DNA of 64,000 nucleotides from Sphingomonadales bacterium (lineage in GTDB: Bacteria > Pseudomonadota > Alphaproteobacteria > Sphingomonadales > Sphingomonadaceae): the NCBI GenBank assembly GCA_031418495.1, contig JANOXQ010000121.1:1858-65857 (forward strand). Direction: 5' to 3'. How positions within the stretch are numbered: the stretch's first letter is position 1; the number at the start of each line of letters is the position of its first letter. A program made the translations under genes and the position numbers. Of this stretch, positions 26,886 through 37,233 are shown piece by piece. The notes under the pieces were generated by a model. It worked only from the letters and a program-made list of their open reading frames with translations, had not been told where the DNA came from and ran no database searches.

Positions 26886-28046
26886 TCAGGCTGCCTCTTG
26901 CAGCCATGATGTGATGCGGTTGCCGCTGGCCTTAACATAATAGGCCTGCACCGTGCGCACAGCGTGGACGACAAGCGAAATGATCGTCCACCACGCAACC
27001 GCAATCATCCCCAAATCAGGGCGACCGATGAGGAGCGACGCCACGAGAAGCACCATATTCGGGTTGCGCCGCGCGGTGATCAGGCGGAACCATGAGTCAA
27101 ACGGCCGCCACACATGGATGTGCTGGCCAAAGCCCTTGATAAAAATGCCCTCGATCGCGCGCTGTGCAGCATAGCCACCAAGCACTGAAATCATGACAAA
27201 TTCATACTGACCTTGACTGAGCGGCAGCCCAACCGCACCAAGACCGACGATCCATGCCACCCACCAAAAGGGTGGGTGAACGAGATCAAGCCCATGATCA
27301 AACACATTGCCCCAGAAGGATGATGTAATCGTGCAGCGCGCGAGTTTTCCGTCCACAGTATCAAGCACCATGAACACAAAACCAGCGGCAACCCCGCTCC
27401 AGAACCAGCCCATCGCAAACAGGAAAATTGCGCTGATACAGCCAACCGCGCCAATCGCCGTCACCATATTGGGCGTCATACCAAGCCGCGCGGCAATACG
27501 CGTCAGCCACAGCGCGAGCTCAGGCCAAAGATATTTGGTGAGGATGTCAGTCACGCCCTTATACGCGCCGTAATAGCTCTGCCGCTCAATCATCGCGACG
27601 GTATCACGGGTGAGTTCGGACAGGAACGGCGTTTCGAGCTTACGCAGGCTGTGATTATAAATCTGTGGGTTCGATGTATATTCAATCGACTGAAGCGCGC
27701 CCAAATCAACGCGCCCGCTTTCAAGCCGCAATGCCATCCGCCGCTCGGTCAAATGCGCGAGCACGGGAACCCCGTTCATCGTCACAACCGTATCGGGCTG
27801 ATTCGTGATATGGACAAGCCACTGCGGATCAAACGCATAGGCCAGATTTACCCAGATGCAACCATCGGAATTCACCGTCTCGGCCACCTTCTGCGCCTTA
27901 ATCAGCCGCAAAACACGTTCCTCATTCGACATGCCCCACAGCATCACATCATTGTGACCATGGAACATCACCGGCGCGTTAAGCCCGCGCCAGACAGAAT
28001 GCATCAATATGCCCGATTCGTAATTCATATGATGCGTTTCGGACAA
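26886..28046 (-). CDS. CDP-alcohol phosphotransferase family protein with extra N-terminal domain
   Basis: DTVDGKLAR..GNVFDHGLD matches DxxDGxxAR..GxxxDxxxD; TPNMVT helix; about 190-aa soluble N-terminal extension. Confidence 0.9.
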   Translation of the reverse strand: MSETHHMNYESGILMHSVWRGLNAPVMFHGHNDVMLWGMSNEERVLRLIKAQKVAETVNSDGCIWVNLAYAFDPQWLVHITNQPDTVVTMNGVPVLAHLTERRMALRLESGRVDLGALQSIEYTSNPQIYNHSLRKLETPFLSELTRDTVAMIERQSYYGAYKGVTDILTKYLWPELALWLTRIAARLGMTPNMVTAIGAVGCISAIFLFAMGWFWSGVAAGFVFMVLDTVDGKLARCTITSSFWGNVFDHGLDLVHPPFWWVAWIVGLGAVGLPLSQGQYEFVMISVLGGYAAQRAIEGIFIKGFGQHIHVWRPFDSWFRLITARRNPNMVLLVASLLIGRPDLGMIAVAWWTIISLVVHAVRTVQAYYVKASGNRITSWLQEAA

Positions 28047-28125
28047 GATTGGGGCGAAATCATGTCATCGGCGGTAAAGCGCCATTTTTTGGGGGTGTGA
28101 AGGTGGCGTCACCCCCGCGCCACCC

Positions 28126-28155
28126 CCGTCATTCCCGCGCACGCGGGAATGACGG
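28126..28155. repeat. perfect CGTC-type REP hairpin
   Basis: CCGTCATTCCCGCG-CA-CGCGGGAATGACGG. Confidence 0.8.
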
Positions 28156-28187
28156 GTTTCTTGTTCAAAAATATGCAAACAAAAGCA

Positions 28188-28568
28188 TTAATCCGGCTGT
28201 TGCGCTAAATTTTGTGACAGCATCATCGCATTGCCATCAGGATCATAGAAGGTCAGCAGCTTTACCAAGTCGGGAATATGTTGAATACCGCCGTCTTGCC
28301 GTACACCGTGCGCGTCGAGATGTGCCTTAGCGGCGAGGATATCAGCCACACCCCAGACATTGGTCGCGCCGCCGCCCTGCGTCACGCTTTGATTCTGGCT
28401 CAAGCCAACGCTGACACCGGGAACGGCCGTTGAAAGCTCACACCAGCCAATTTCGTCAGCGCGGTACATCAGCGTGAAACCAAGCACCGATTGATACCAG
28501 TCAATCGACCGATCAAGATTGGTCACGCCCATTGATGCAGTCAATTCGGGAACATAGCCAAGCGCCAT
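28188..28568 (-). CDS. VOC (glyoxalase/bleomycin resistance) family protein
   Basis: GVTNLDRSIDWYQSVLGF..FYDPDGN; real start is ATG 28568 after AGGAG. Confidence 0.88.
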   Translation of the reverse strand: MALGYVPELTASMGVTNLDRSIDWYQSVLGFTLMYRADEIGWCELSTAVPGVSVGLSQNQSVTQGGGATNVWGVADILAAKAHLDAHGVRQDGGIQHIPDLVKLLTFYDPDGNAMMLSQNLAQQPD

Positions 28569-28617
28569 TTTTCGTCTCCTCTTGAACTTATGGTCTGATT
28601 TGTATAGTTGATATAAA

Positions 28618-29154
28618 ATGCTGTCAACCACCCTGCTTGAAGATCTGATCGCGCTTGGCAAGCAGCGCTGGATGGCCGCTGTCCTCACCGATATTGGCGC
28701 GCATAAGGGCGCGCGTTTTGTCGCGCTGATCAACCGCCTGTCGCTGCCGCGCGATACGCTCACCCGCACGCTTGAGGCGGGCCAAGCGCTTGGCTGGGTG
28801 ATCCGTAATCCGGGGCACGGCCATCCGCTGCGCCCCGAATATATCCTGACGGGGGAGGGGGTGCGGATCGCCGAAATCGCCGCCCGGCAGCTATCCACAC
28901 AGGCGCAGGTTGGTCTCGCGCCGGGAACGCTGAGACGCTGGGGGCTGCCGATCATTCATTCGCTTGATGCAGGATTTCAGCGCTTCAATGATTTGTCTCG
29001 TGTGCTTGAAATCGCTAGCCCACGTGCGCTGTCGCAAGGCTTGCGCACGCTTGCCGCCAATCACTTGGTTAAACGCGCGCTGATTGACGATTACCCGCCG
29101 ATCAGCCGCTACAGCCTGACTGAGATCGGCCTCATCCTCGCCCGCGCAGCCTAG
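28618..29154 (+). CDS. winged-helix regulator with two HxlR-like repeats
   Basis: LGKQRW..RFVAL..LTRTLE..HPLRPEY.LT, followed by RRWGLP..RFNDL..LSQGLRTL..YPPISRYSLT. Confidence 0.75.
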   Translation: MLSTTLLEDLIALGKQRWMAAVLTDIGAHKGARFVALINRLSLPRDTLTRTLEAGQALGWVIRNPGHGHPLRPEYILTGEGVRIAEIAARQLSTQAQVGLAPGTLRRWGLPIIHSLDAGFQRFNDLSRVLEIASPRALSQGLRTLAANHLVKRALIDDYPPISRYSLTEIGLILARAA

Positions 29155-29645
29155 AAAATCCCCATTGCCAACCCCTGTGCCATTGCCGCACCAAGATCGC
29201 GGCATTTGGCGAGATCAGCCTCGGCAATGATTTTTGGCGCGAGGATCGCCTCGGGCGTCTGGGCATGGGTACAAATGATTAGCGGTTCGGCGACCGCGCG
29301 CAGCCGCCAGCCTGTGCCGATCCGGGCAATCTGGCGCGCGGTACCCTCACCGTCTGATCCTGCGCAAATCATCATAGCATAAGGGCGGCCTTCGATTTTT
29401 CCGAGTGCGGGATAATAAGTCCGGTCGAAGAAATCCTTCATCAAGCCGGCCATGCTCGCCAGATTTTCGGAGCAGATGAAAATATAGCCATCCGCCGTGA
29501 GCAGATCAGTGGCACTCGCCTCACTTGCGCGCTTGTTGTTGAGGGTCACGGCTCCACCTGCTCCACTGGCAGCTGCGCGTGCCATCGCCTCACTGCCCCC
29601 GGTGGCCGAATGCCAGACAATCAGCAGCCGTGCGACGCTTGGCAT
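29151..29645 (-). CDS. flavodoxin-like / NAD(P)H-dependent oxidoreductase
   Basis: VWHSATGGSEAMA, SENLASMAGLMKDFFDR and CAGSDGEG motifs. Confidence 0.85.
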   Translation of the reverse strand: MPSVARLLIVWHSATGGSEAMARAAASGAGGAVTLNNKRASEASATDLLTADGYIFICSENLASMAGLMKDFFDRTYYPALGKIEGRPYAMMICAGSDGEGTARQIARIGTGWRLRAVAEPLIICTHAQTPEAILAPKIIAEADLAKCRDLGAAMAQGLAMGIF

Positions 29646-30899
29646 TTACTCGCTGCGCAGCGCATCAATTGGCGATAGCCGCGACGCCCGTATCGCGGGG
29701 TAGCCACCAAACAATATCCCGATAAACGCCGAAAACAGGATCGCAAAGATTGAGATGCCAACACCGATTGGTGCGGGAAAATCGGCCAGTCGCTTGAACG
29801 CCTCTGCCGCCCCCATAGCGAGGATCAAGCCCATCGCGCCGCCAATGACGCACAGCACGGCCGCCTCAACCAGAAACTGATTGCGAATATCGGCACGCTT
29901 TGCGCCAAGCGCCATCCGCAGGCCGATCTCGCGCGTCCGCTCGGTCACGCTCACCAGCATGATGTTCATAATCCCAATCCCGCCGACGAGCAGCGAGATT
30001 GACGCGATGGCAACGAGCAACGTCTGGATCACGGCAGTCACTTGGCCCGATTGTTTGGCGAACTCTTCAGTCGTGTTGATCGTGAACGGGTTGAGCTCAT
30101 CCTTGGCCACCCGGTTACGGACGCGTAGCACATCCTTCATCTGCTTCTTGGCAGTGGGCAGGTCGATCCCCTCTTCAAAGCCAACGAACAGCACATGCAA
30201 ATCATCGGGGCCAGCGACCGTTGTCGTCGCAAAGCGCTGCCTTGCGGTGCTCAGGGGAATGATCGCGAGATCATCATTGTCATTGCCAAAGCTGCTGCCC
30301 TTGGCCTCAAGCACGCCAATCACGGTGAAGGGGGTTTTGTTGACGCGCAGACTTTGGCCGATGGGTTCAAAACTGCCGAACAATTTGGCGGCAACGCTTG
30401 GGCCAAGCACAATCACACGCGCGGCGGTGCGCACGTCCGCCTCATTCACAAACCGCCCGCTCTCAATATTAGTGTTGGTGACAATCGCATAATCGGGCGT
30501 TGCGCCAATCGCAGTGGTTGACGCGTTGCGCCCGGCAATCACCATCTGCACCGTGCTGCGGAGTTGCGGCGCGATAGTCGCAACGCCGGGCACCAGCCGC
30601 TGGACGGCGCGGGCATCACGCTCGGTCAGCCGACCACGATCAACCACGCGGCGTCCCCCATTATTTTCAGGCTGGGGGAAAACAATCGCCATGTTCGATC
30701 CGATGGCATTGATCGAATCGAGCACCGAAACTTTGGTGCCCTCTCCAACTGCCACTGCAAGGATGACGGAGAGCACCCCGATCATGATGCCAAGCGTCGT
30801 CAAAATTGAGCGCATGAGATTGGTGCGCAGTGCGGTAAACGCAATCGGCACATTGACGGCCCATGCCGCGATCCGGCCGGTGATGGCGCGGCGGTTCAT
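29646..30899 (-). CDS. MacB/FtsX-type ABC transporter permease
   Basis: RSILTTLGIMIGV, GGIGIMNIMLVSVTERTREIGLRMALGA and LSPIDALRSE motifs. Confidence 0.93.
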   Translation of the reverse strand: MNRRAITGRIAAWAVNVPIAFTALRTNLMRSILTTLGIMIGVLSVILAVAVGEGTKVSVLDSINAIGSNMAIVFPQPENNGGRRVVDRGRLTERDARAVQRLVPGVATIAPQLRSTVQMVIAGRNASTTAIGATPDYAIVTNTNIESGRFVNEADVRTAARVIVLGPSVAAKLFGSFEPIGQSLRVNKTPFTVIGVLEAKGSSFGNDNDDLAIIPLSTARQRFATTTVAGPDDLHVLFVGFEEGIDLPTAKKQMKDVLRVRNRVAKDELNPFTINTTEEFAKQSGQVTAVIQTLLVAIASISLLVGGIGIMNIMLVSVTERTREIGLRMALGAKRADIRNQFLVEAAVLCVIGGAMGLILAMGAAEAFKRLADFPAPIGVGISIFAILFSAFIGILFGGYPAIRASRLSPIDALRSE

Positions 30900-31618
30900 G
30901 CCGCTGCCCGTCGCGTGGTGACGGGAACATCCTCAACCACTTTGCCGTCGCGAAACAATATCCGGCGCTGGGCATATTCGGCGATATCGGGTTCATGGGT
31001 GACAAGGATAACGGTGATCCCTTGATCATTGAGCTTCTGGAAAATACCCATAATGTCTTCAGATGTTTGGGTATCAAGCGCGCCAGTCGGTTCATCGGCG
31101 AGCAGCATCAGCGGCTTAGTGACGAGGGCACGCGCAATCGCTACACGCTGCTGCTGCCCGCCAGACAGTTTGGCGGGCGTGTGATCAAGCCGGTTTTCAA
31201 GCCCCATTGCGGTCAAGGTTTCTCGCGCACGTTCGCGTCGTTCGCGGCTGCCAAGCCCGGCATAAATCAGCGGCACCGCAACATTATCAAGCGCGGTTGT
31301 CCGGTTGAGCAGGTTGAACTGCTGAAACACAAAACCAATTTTGCGGTTGCGGATATCGGCCAGCGCATTGCTATCAAGTGTCCGCGTATCAGCGCCGTCG
31401 AGCTTGAGTGTGCCTGCAGTTGGCACGTCAAGGCAGCCGACAAGGTTCATAAAAGTTGATTTTCCGGAGCCACTGGTGCCCATGATCGCGACAAACTCAC
31501 CGCGCGCGATGGTCAGCGAAACCCCGTTGACCGCATGGAGGACTTCGCCGCCGATGAAATAGTCTTTGACGAGGCCGTCAGTCTCAACAAGCGCGGGCTC
31601 ATTCACCGGAATCGGCAT
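30896..31618 (-). CDS. ABC transporter ATP-binding protein (MacB/LolD type)
   Basis: [24 protein letters not shown] and [11 protein letters not shown]; start placed at ATG 31618. Confidence 0.93.
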   Translation of the reverse strand: MPIPVNEPALVETDGLVKDYFIGGEVLHAVNGVSLTIARGEFVAIMGTSGSGKSTFMNLVGCLDVPTAGTLKLDGADTRTLDSNALADIRNRKIGFVFQQFNLLNRTTALDNVAVPLIYAGLGSRERRERARETLTAMGLENRLDHTPAKLSGGQQQRVAIARALVTKPLMLLADEPTGALDTQTSEDIMGIFQKLNDQGITVILVTHEPDIAEYAQRRILFRDGKVVEDVPVTTRRAAA

Positions 31619-32903
31619 CTGCGCTGTCCACATCGACCTTTTTCTTGTTGAGCGATTTGCTGCGAACAATAACCTTGTCCGCGCTGCGAAGGCCGCTCAC
31701 CACCTCGGTAAAATCCTCACCCTGAAGGCCAATTTTGACGCTCCGGCGCTTTGGCTTGAGCGGATCAGGCGAAACGAGATAGACGGTTGGTTCATCGGCT
31801 TTGTTGGCCTTAGCCGTCTTTGCGCTGTCTTTCTTTTCTGCCTCATCACGGTCAGCTTCACGCGGACGGAAGCGCAGCGCCGCCGTTGGTACGCGCGTTA
31901 CCCGCTGCTTTTGACCCGTAATAACTTCGACGTTTGCCGTCATCCCGGGAAGCAGCTTTCCGCTGCTATTATCAACGCCGAGGATCACGAGATAGCTCAC
32001 GACATTCTGATTCTCGTTGGCAGCCTTGCGGATTTGATCAACCCGCGCGGCAAACGTCTCTTCGGGATAGGCATCAACGGTGAAGCGCACTTGCTGCCCT
32101 TCGATGATCTGGCCAATGTCGGCCTCATCAACCGAGGCCTCAACCTGCATCCGCGTTGTATCCGCCGCGATTTCAAACAGGTTTGGCGTCTGGAAATTGG
32201 CGGCAACCGTGGTGCCCGGCTCAACCAGCTTATTGATCACGACGCCGCTGGCAGGCGCGATAATCGTTGTGCGGCGGAGGTCAAGCTGGGCCGACGAAAG
32301 TTCAGCCATGCTTTGTGAGATTTGTGCGCGTGCGCTGGCAACCTGTGCGGTTGCGGTGCGCGCACCAGCGCGCGCCGAGGCAAGCGCGCTGCTCGCGGTA
32401 TCAAGCCCTGACTTGGAGACAAAGCCCGTTTTTTCAAGATCGCTGCGTCGGCCAAACTCACGACCTTGGATCGCAAGATCGGTCTGGCTACGCGCTACCG
32501 CAGCTTCGGCCTGTGACAGTGAGGCCTGCGCAAGCGCAACCTGCGCCTGCGCCTGTTGAACGCGCGCGCGCAGCCGGGTTGGATCAATTTCGGCCAATAT
32601 CTGTCCAGCACGGACGGGCGTATTGAAATCAACATAAACGCGCGTGATTTGCCCCGAAACTTCGGCACCCACCTTGATCGTGTTGAGCGCGCGTAGTTTA
32701 CCACTCGCGGTCACCTTGCGCGTCACTTCGCCGACATCAACGCTTTCGGGCACATATTCGTAAGTCGGCGGCGTCGGTTTCAGAACAGCATAACCAATGC
32801 CCAAAACCAGTAAGGCGATAATCGCAAACCAGATCGGGTGACGCCTTATCCAACGGCTTAGTATCCAGTCCGATAACCAGTCTAATATGTCGCCTATCAC
32901 CAA
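31599..32903 (-). CDS. MacA-type efflux periplasmic adaptor subunit
   Basis: VTASGKL..VGAEVSGQI, coiled coil, IIAPASGVV, VDEADIG and LLPGMTANVEV motifs. Confidence 0.9.
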   Translation of the reverse strand: MVIGDILDWLSDWILSRWIRRHPIWFAIIALLVLGIGYAVLKPTPPTYEYVPESVDVGEVTRKVTASGKLRALNTIKVGAEVSGQITRVYVDFNTPVRAGQILAEIDPTRLRARVQQAQAQVALAQASLSQAEAAVARSQTDLAIQGREFGRRSDLEKTGFVSKSGLDTASSALASARAGARTATAQVASARAQISQSMAELSSAQLDLRRTTIIAPASGVVINKLVEPGTTVAANFQTPNLFEIAADTTRMQVEASVDEADIGQIIEGQQVRFTVDAYPEETFAARVDQIRKAANENQNVVSYLVILGVDNSSGKLLPGMTANVEVITGQKQRVTRVPTAALRFRPREADRDEAEKKDSAKTAKANKADEPTVYLVSPDPLKPKRRSVKIGLQGEDFTEVVSGLRSADKVIVRSKSLNKKKVDVDSADADSGE

Positions 32904-32969
32904 GCTTACCTTTAATAATCAACGTCTAGCCAAGGTGTCTTAGCGAGGTAAAACAGTGGTGTCTAGCGT

Positions 32970-35300
32970 CTAAAACTTAACCGCTAATTCAACCCCGAAG
33001 GTGCGCGGTTCGTTCACAAATCCGGTCAGATTGTTGAAATCAATCCCGCCGACCGCTGACGTGTCATTGGTCAGATTGCGGACATAGCCCGACACTTCAA
33101 ACCTGTCGGTTTTGTAGCCTAATCGCGCGCCGAGTTCGACCAAGCGGCGATCCTGAAACTCAACCGATTCGTAGAGGAAGAAGTTGATGCGTGAACGGAA
33201 AGCAATGTCGCTGAACGCATAGACCTCGCCATTACCAACCGGCACACCGTAACGTGCAGTGGCGTTGGCAATCCAGCGCGGGCTTTGCGGCAGGCGGTTG
33301 CCATTGATGTTGACGATGGCCGCCGAAAAAGGGGCGGAGGGCGTAACAATTGGATCAAGCAAGGTGCAGAGCGAAACATTGGGGAAGGTATCCACACGTA
33401 CTGCACCGCAAGCTGCCGTCGTCAGATTGCGATCCTGAATCTTGGTGTTGTTGTAGCTAAGCCCAGCGGTGAACAAAAATTCAGGCACTGGCTTAAATTC
33501 GGCATCAACTTCAAATCCGTAACCGCGCACATTACGTGCATTGATGAGGCGGTTTGCGTTGACCCCGCCACCAACGGCAGTGAGCTGTGCGTTCTTGAGA
33601 TCATAATAAAAGCCGTTGGCGTTGAACCGGCCCTTGCCATCCGCAAATTCGGTTTTGATGCCGGCTTCATAAGAGGTGATCGTTTCGGAGCGACCAACGG
33701 TCACGCCCGATTCAAGTGGCGTCGCAGTGGCAGGCGGGAAGAGGATACGCCCTTGGATGCTTGGCGCACGATAACCACGCGCAACGCGGGCATAGAGGCT
33801 CACATCGTCAGTCGCCTTATAATTTGCCGCGATGTCCCACGTGATATTGTCATCCTTGACCGAGCGGTTGACCGTACCGAGTGGGTTTTGGAGGAAGTTC
33901 GGAAATTGCGTATCGCGACTGCGGACAACGCGGTAAGTGCGCTTGTCATCATTATAACGCGCGCCGCCCGTGAGGCTAAACTGATCGGAGAGCTTGTAGG
34001 TGAGCGAACCGAAGACGCCGTACGCCTTGCTCTTTTGGCGCTGATCAACGGTAATATTGATCCCGCCGACGGCATTATTAGGATCACCAAGCGTTGAGAA
34101 ATTGTCCGAAAGGATGCGCAGTTTCTCATCGAAGTAGAATACACCACCCTGATAGCTAAACGCGCCATCACCGTTGCTCGCGATACGGAATTCCTGCGTG
34201 AACTGCTTTAGGCTTGGCACAGCGTCGCGCGTTTCGGCGGTGAATGGGATTACGCCGGGGCCGGTGAGATTGGGCGGCAGGAAATTCGCGCCAAAACCGC
34301 CGTCAACATCGCCAACCGAAGTCGCGTCACCGTCCCAATAGCTCGTTACTGAAAAGAGCGAGATTGGCCCGGCATCATAGGTGATCCGCGCGGTGCCGTT
34401 GTAGGTGTTGACCTCTTGCTCATTCTGCCCGTCAGTGCTGACCGTGAAGCGGCGGAAATTGGCGTTGAGGCCGCGCTGTCCGCGTGTGAAGACGTTGGCA
34501 CGGAATACGCGCGCGGTGCCATCAAGCGTGCGCGCTTGGCCGCTCAGCAAAATATCAAGGTCTTCGCTTGGCTTGAGGAGAAGCTGGAGACGCCCGGCAA
34601 ACTCATCATAGCCTTCAAGCGCATTCTTGGTCGTCCCGCTTGGCAAGACATTGTCGATATAATCATCCTGCCGCTGATAGAAAAGCGAAAGTCGGGCCGA
34701 GACTTTTTCGCCCGATAGATTGCCGCCAACCGCGCCTTCAAGGCTGACCTGATTGAAGCGACCATATGACGCACGGAGATAGCCGTTCAAATCTTTGCCG
34801 GGTTTAACCGAGTCAAACTTTACGATACCAGCAGGCGTATTGCGGCCAAAGAGCGTGCCCTGCGGCCCGCGCAGCACCTCAACCTGAGCAATATCAAACA
34901 CTGGGAAGCCTTTGAGGATAGGGTTTTCCAAAACAACATCATCATAGATGAGGCTGACGGGCTGCGACGCGTTGAAATCAAAATCGGTATTGCCAAGCCC
35001 GCGAATATAAAAACGTGGGAAAGTGCGGCCAAATGACGATTCAACGATCAGGCTTGGTACGCGCGCTGAAAGAAAACGGATATCAGCACCCGCCGCCGAG
35101 ATATTGCCGAGTTTTTCACCGCCAATTGCGGTGACTGACAACGGCACATCCTGAAGGTTTTCATCGCGGCGCTGGGCTGTCACGATGATTTCGCCAAGGC
35201 CAGCCTCTTCGGCGGCAGGCGCTGTCTGCGCAATGGCAGGTGCAGCCGTTGAGGTAAGCAGGGCAACGGTAAGAAAGTGAGCAAATGTAGCCAAGCGCAT
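32970..35300 (-). CDS. TonB-dependent receptor
   Basis: EIIVTAQRRDENLQDVPLSVTA, VEVLRGPQGTLFGRN plug motifs; C-terminal EPRTFGVELAVKF. Confidence 0.95.
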   Translation of the reverse strand: MRLATFAHFLTVALLTSTAAPAIAQTAPAAEEAGLGEIIVTAQRRDENLQDVPLSVTAIGGEKLGNISAAGADIRFLSARVPSLIVESSFGRTFPRFYIRGLGNTDFDFNASQPVSLIYDDVVLENPILKGFPVFDIAQVEVLRGPQGTLFGRNTPAGIVKFDSVKPGKDLNGYLRASYGRFNQVSLEGAVGGNLSGEKVSARLSLFYQRQDDYIDNVLPSGTTKNALEGYDEFAGRLQLLLKPSEDLDILLSGQARTLDGTARVFRANVFTRGQRGLNANFRRFTVSTDGQNEQEVNTYNGTARITYDAGPISLFSVTSYWDGDATSVGDVDGGFGANFLPPNLTGPGVIPFTAETRDAVPSLKQFTQEFRIASNGDGAFSYQGGVFYFDEKLRILSDNFSTLGDPNNAVGGINITVDQRQKSKAYGVFGSLTYKLSDQFSLTGGARYNDDKRTYRVVRSRDTQFPNFLQNPLGTVNRSVKDDNITWDIAANYKATDDVSLYARVARGYRAPSIQGRILFPPATATPLESGVTVGRSETITSYEAGIKTEFADGKGRFNANGFYYDLKNAQLTAVGGGVNANRLINARNVRGYGFEVDAEFKPVPEFLFTAGLSYNNTKIQDRNLTTAACGAVRVDTFPNVSLCTLLDPIVTPSAPFSAAIVNINGNRLPQSPRWIANATARYGVPVGNGEVYAFSDIAFRSRINFFLYESVEFQDRRLVELGARLGYKTDRFEVSGYVRNLTNDTSAVGGIDFNNLTGFVNEPRTFGVELAVKF

Positions 35301-35525
35301 GGTGGAAAACTCCTGCAGGTCATTTTAATAAATATGGCGCGGCCATGATAGGCTTATCTTACGCGGTCAAGCGCTGCCAGCAGTCTAAGCGCGGTTTTTG
35401 CACGGTTGTTGCCATAATGTGACGGCTAGCAACCATGTTTAAAAGCTGTTTCTTAAAGCCCGCGCCATAGGCCATGTAGCGGGAACCAGGGGAAATGCAG
35501 TGCTGCATCCGTGCAAGCGTGATCA

Positions 35526-35948
35526 ATGACGGGCGACAGGCGACTGGGCGCAACGCGAGCTGAGGCACGCCTCTTTCGCTACGAGCGCGAATTGCAGGAC
35601 GCAATCAGGCGGCAATTGGCAATGGTTGAACCGGGCTTAGTAGAGGCCGATGGCGGCCATGAACGCTCAGTTGCTACTGGCAAGATTGATATTGTTGCGC
35701 GGGATCTGGCGGGGCATTTCGTTGTGATTGAACTCAAGGCTGGGCCGTGTCCACACGGCGCGCTTGAGCAGGTGCTCGCTTATTCAAGCGATCTTGAGGC
35801 TGAAACAGGCACGCCGTGCCGCGCGATCCTTGTTGCAGCGCAATTTTCTGAGCGTATTCGTGCGGCCGCAAAGCGTGCGCGCGACGTTTCGCTGGTTACT
35901 TACGAGCTTCAGCTTGGCCTTGCAGAAGCGCCTCCTCAACCGCGTTAA
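35526..35948 (+). CDS. stand-alone NucS/EndoMS C-terminal-like PD-(D/E)xK nuclease domain (DUF91)
   Basis: ERELQD..GKIDIVARD..VVIELK..QVLAY motif set; only 140 aa. Confidence 0.75.
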   Translation: MTGDRRLGATRAEARLFRYERELQDAIRRQLAMVEPGLVEADGGHERSVATGKIDIVARDLAGHFVVIELKAGPCPHGALEQVLAYSSDLEAETGTPCRAILVAAQFSERIRAAAKRARDVSLVTYELQLGLAEAPPQPR

Positions 35949-37074
35949 AGGCTGAGCGGCCCTTTGCGGCCTCATCGGCAACGGCGGTGATAAAGTAAGC
36001 CGTACCAGTGCCAGCAACAGGATCAATCCACAGCCCAGAGCGAAGCCCGTAAGCCTCACCGGGATGACCAATCCTCTGTCGCCCATCACCAAAAGGATCA
36101 TCTTTGCAACCCGTAGCGCCGCTCGCAAGCATCTGCACCGCAAGCGCGTAGCTACACCAGAAACCGCCTTCTGTGTCACCGTTCGAACCGTCATAGCGCC
36201 ACTGCGGGCTAATCATTACCTTGAAAGAGGCGGGTTTGAGGAAACCACGTCCGCGCCTCAATAGCATTTGCCCGACTGTCGCCAGCCCGCGCGCGCTGAT
36301 CCGCAAGCCGCCCTGAGGTGAGAATAATGCGCCGTTCGTGGCCAGTATATAGCGGCTCAAATTGCAACTGCCATCAGCGGCGGGCACCGTAGGACATGCG
36401 GGGCGCTTGCCTTGCAAATGATCGCGCCGGATAGCTCCCGCGCCGTCAGTCAGCACCACCGCGCGCGTCACGGTCGCGTCGCTGCATGTTGTCCAGTTGA
36501 AACAGGCGTCGAACTTAAGTGGCTTGAACACCAGCCACGCCATAAGCGTGTCAAAGCGCTTGCGCGTCGCTGCCTCCATCACACTCGCGATTACTGGAAA
36601 ATTGAGGTTGGCATAACGAAAATATGCGCCAGGCGGATGCGCTGCGTCCCACGCTTTCGGATCGGCTGCACTGGCCTGCACGCTCCCACCAAGCGGGATC
36701 GCATAATCAACATTATCGGTAAGACTTGACTGGTGCGACAGCAGCAGGCGAAGCGTGATAGCCTTATCAGGAAAGGCGGGATTGCGCAGCCGCCAGCCAA
36801 GATAATCCGAAACATCACGGTCAAGGTTGAGCTTGCCCGCATCCACCAATCGCATCACGGCGAGCGCAACGACTAGTTTTGAAACCGATGCGATCCGCGC
36901 TGGATCATCTATGGTCAGGCTTCGCTTGGCAAACGGATCCGCCATGCCTGTGGTGGTGGTACTGGTGATCGCCCGCGCGTTAAAGGTCACAATCGCTGAA
37001 GCACCAAAATCTGCTGCGTGCGCCGGAGCGATTGTTAGCAACAGAGCAAAAAGTGTCAGAAAAAAGCGCTTCAT
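35896..37074 (-). CDS. serine hydrolase, beta-lactamase/AmpC-like family (secreted)
   Basis: IASVSKL (SxxK), LLLSHQSS, FRYAN and GHPG motifs; signal peptide. Confidence 0.85.
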   Translation of the reverse strand: MKRFFLTLFALLLTIAPAHAADFGASAIVTFNARAITSTTTTGMADPFAKRSLTIDDPARIASVSKLVVALAVMRLVDAGKLNLDRDVSDYLGWRLRNPAFPDKAITLRLLLSHQSSLTDNVDYAIPLGGSVQASAADPKAWDAAHPPGAYFRYANLNFPVIASVMEAATRKRFDTLMAWLVFKPLKFDACFNWTTCSDATVTRAVVLTDGAGAIRRDHLQGKRPACPTVPAADGSCNLSRYILATNGALFSPQGGLRISARGLATVGQMLLRRGRGFLKPASFKVMISPQWRYDGSNGDTEGGFWCSYALAVQMLASGATGCKDDPFGDGRQRIGHPGEAYGLRSGLWIDPVAGTGTAYFITAVADEAAKGRSAFNAVEEALLQGQAEARK

Positions 37075-37233
37075 ATGGCGATGTTATCGCATCCGTAAGC
37101 GCGCCGTGCAACTCTGTTAAAAGCGTGATGGCTATCACTAACGTTTGGCCAAGCATTATGCTAATAATTGACTCATTAATCGATATAACGGGCCGCAGTT
37201 CGTACACCCAAAAACTCCCGAAAGGAGTGTGTC

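Noticed and set aside
28569-28955. N-terminal extension of the VOC ORF in the track
   Set aside because: Overlaps the divergent HxlR gene; the VOC domain starts at ATG 28568 with a good RBS.
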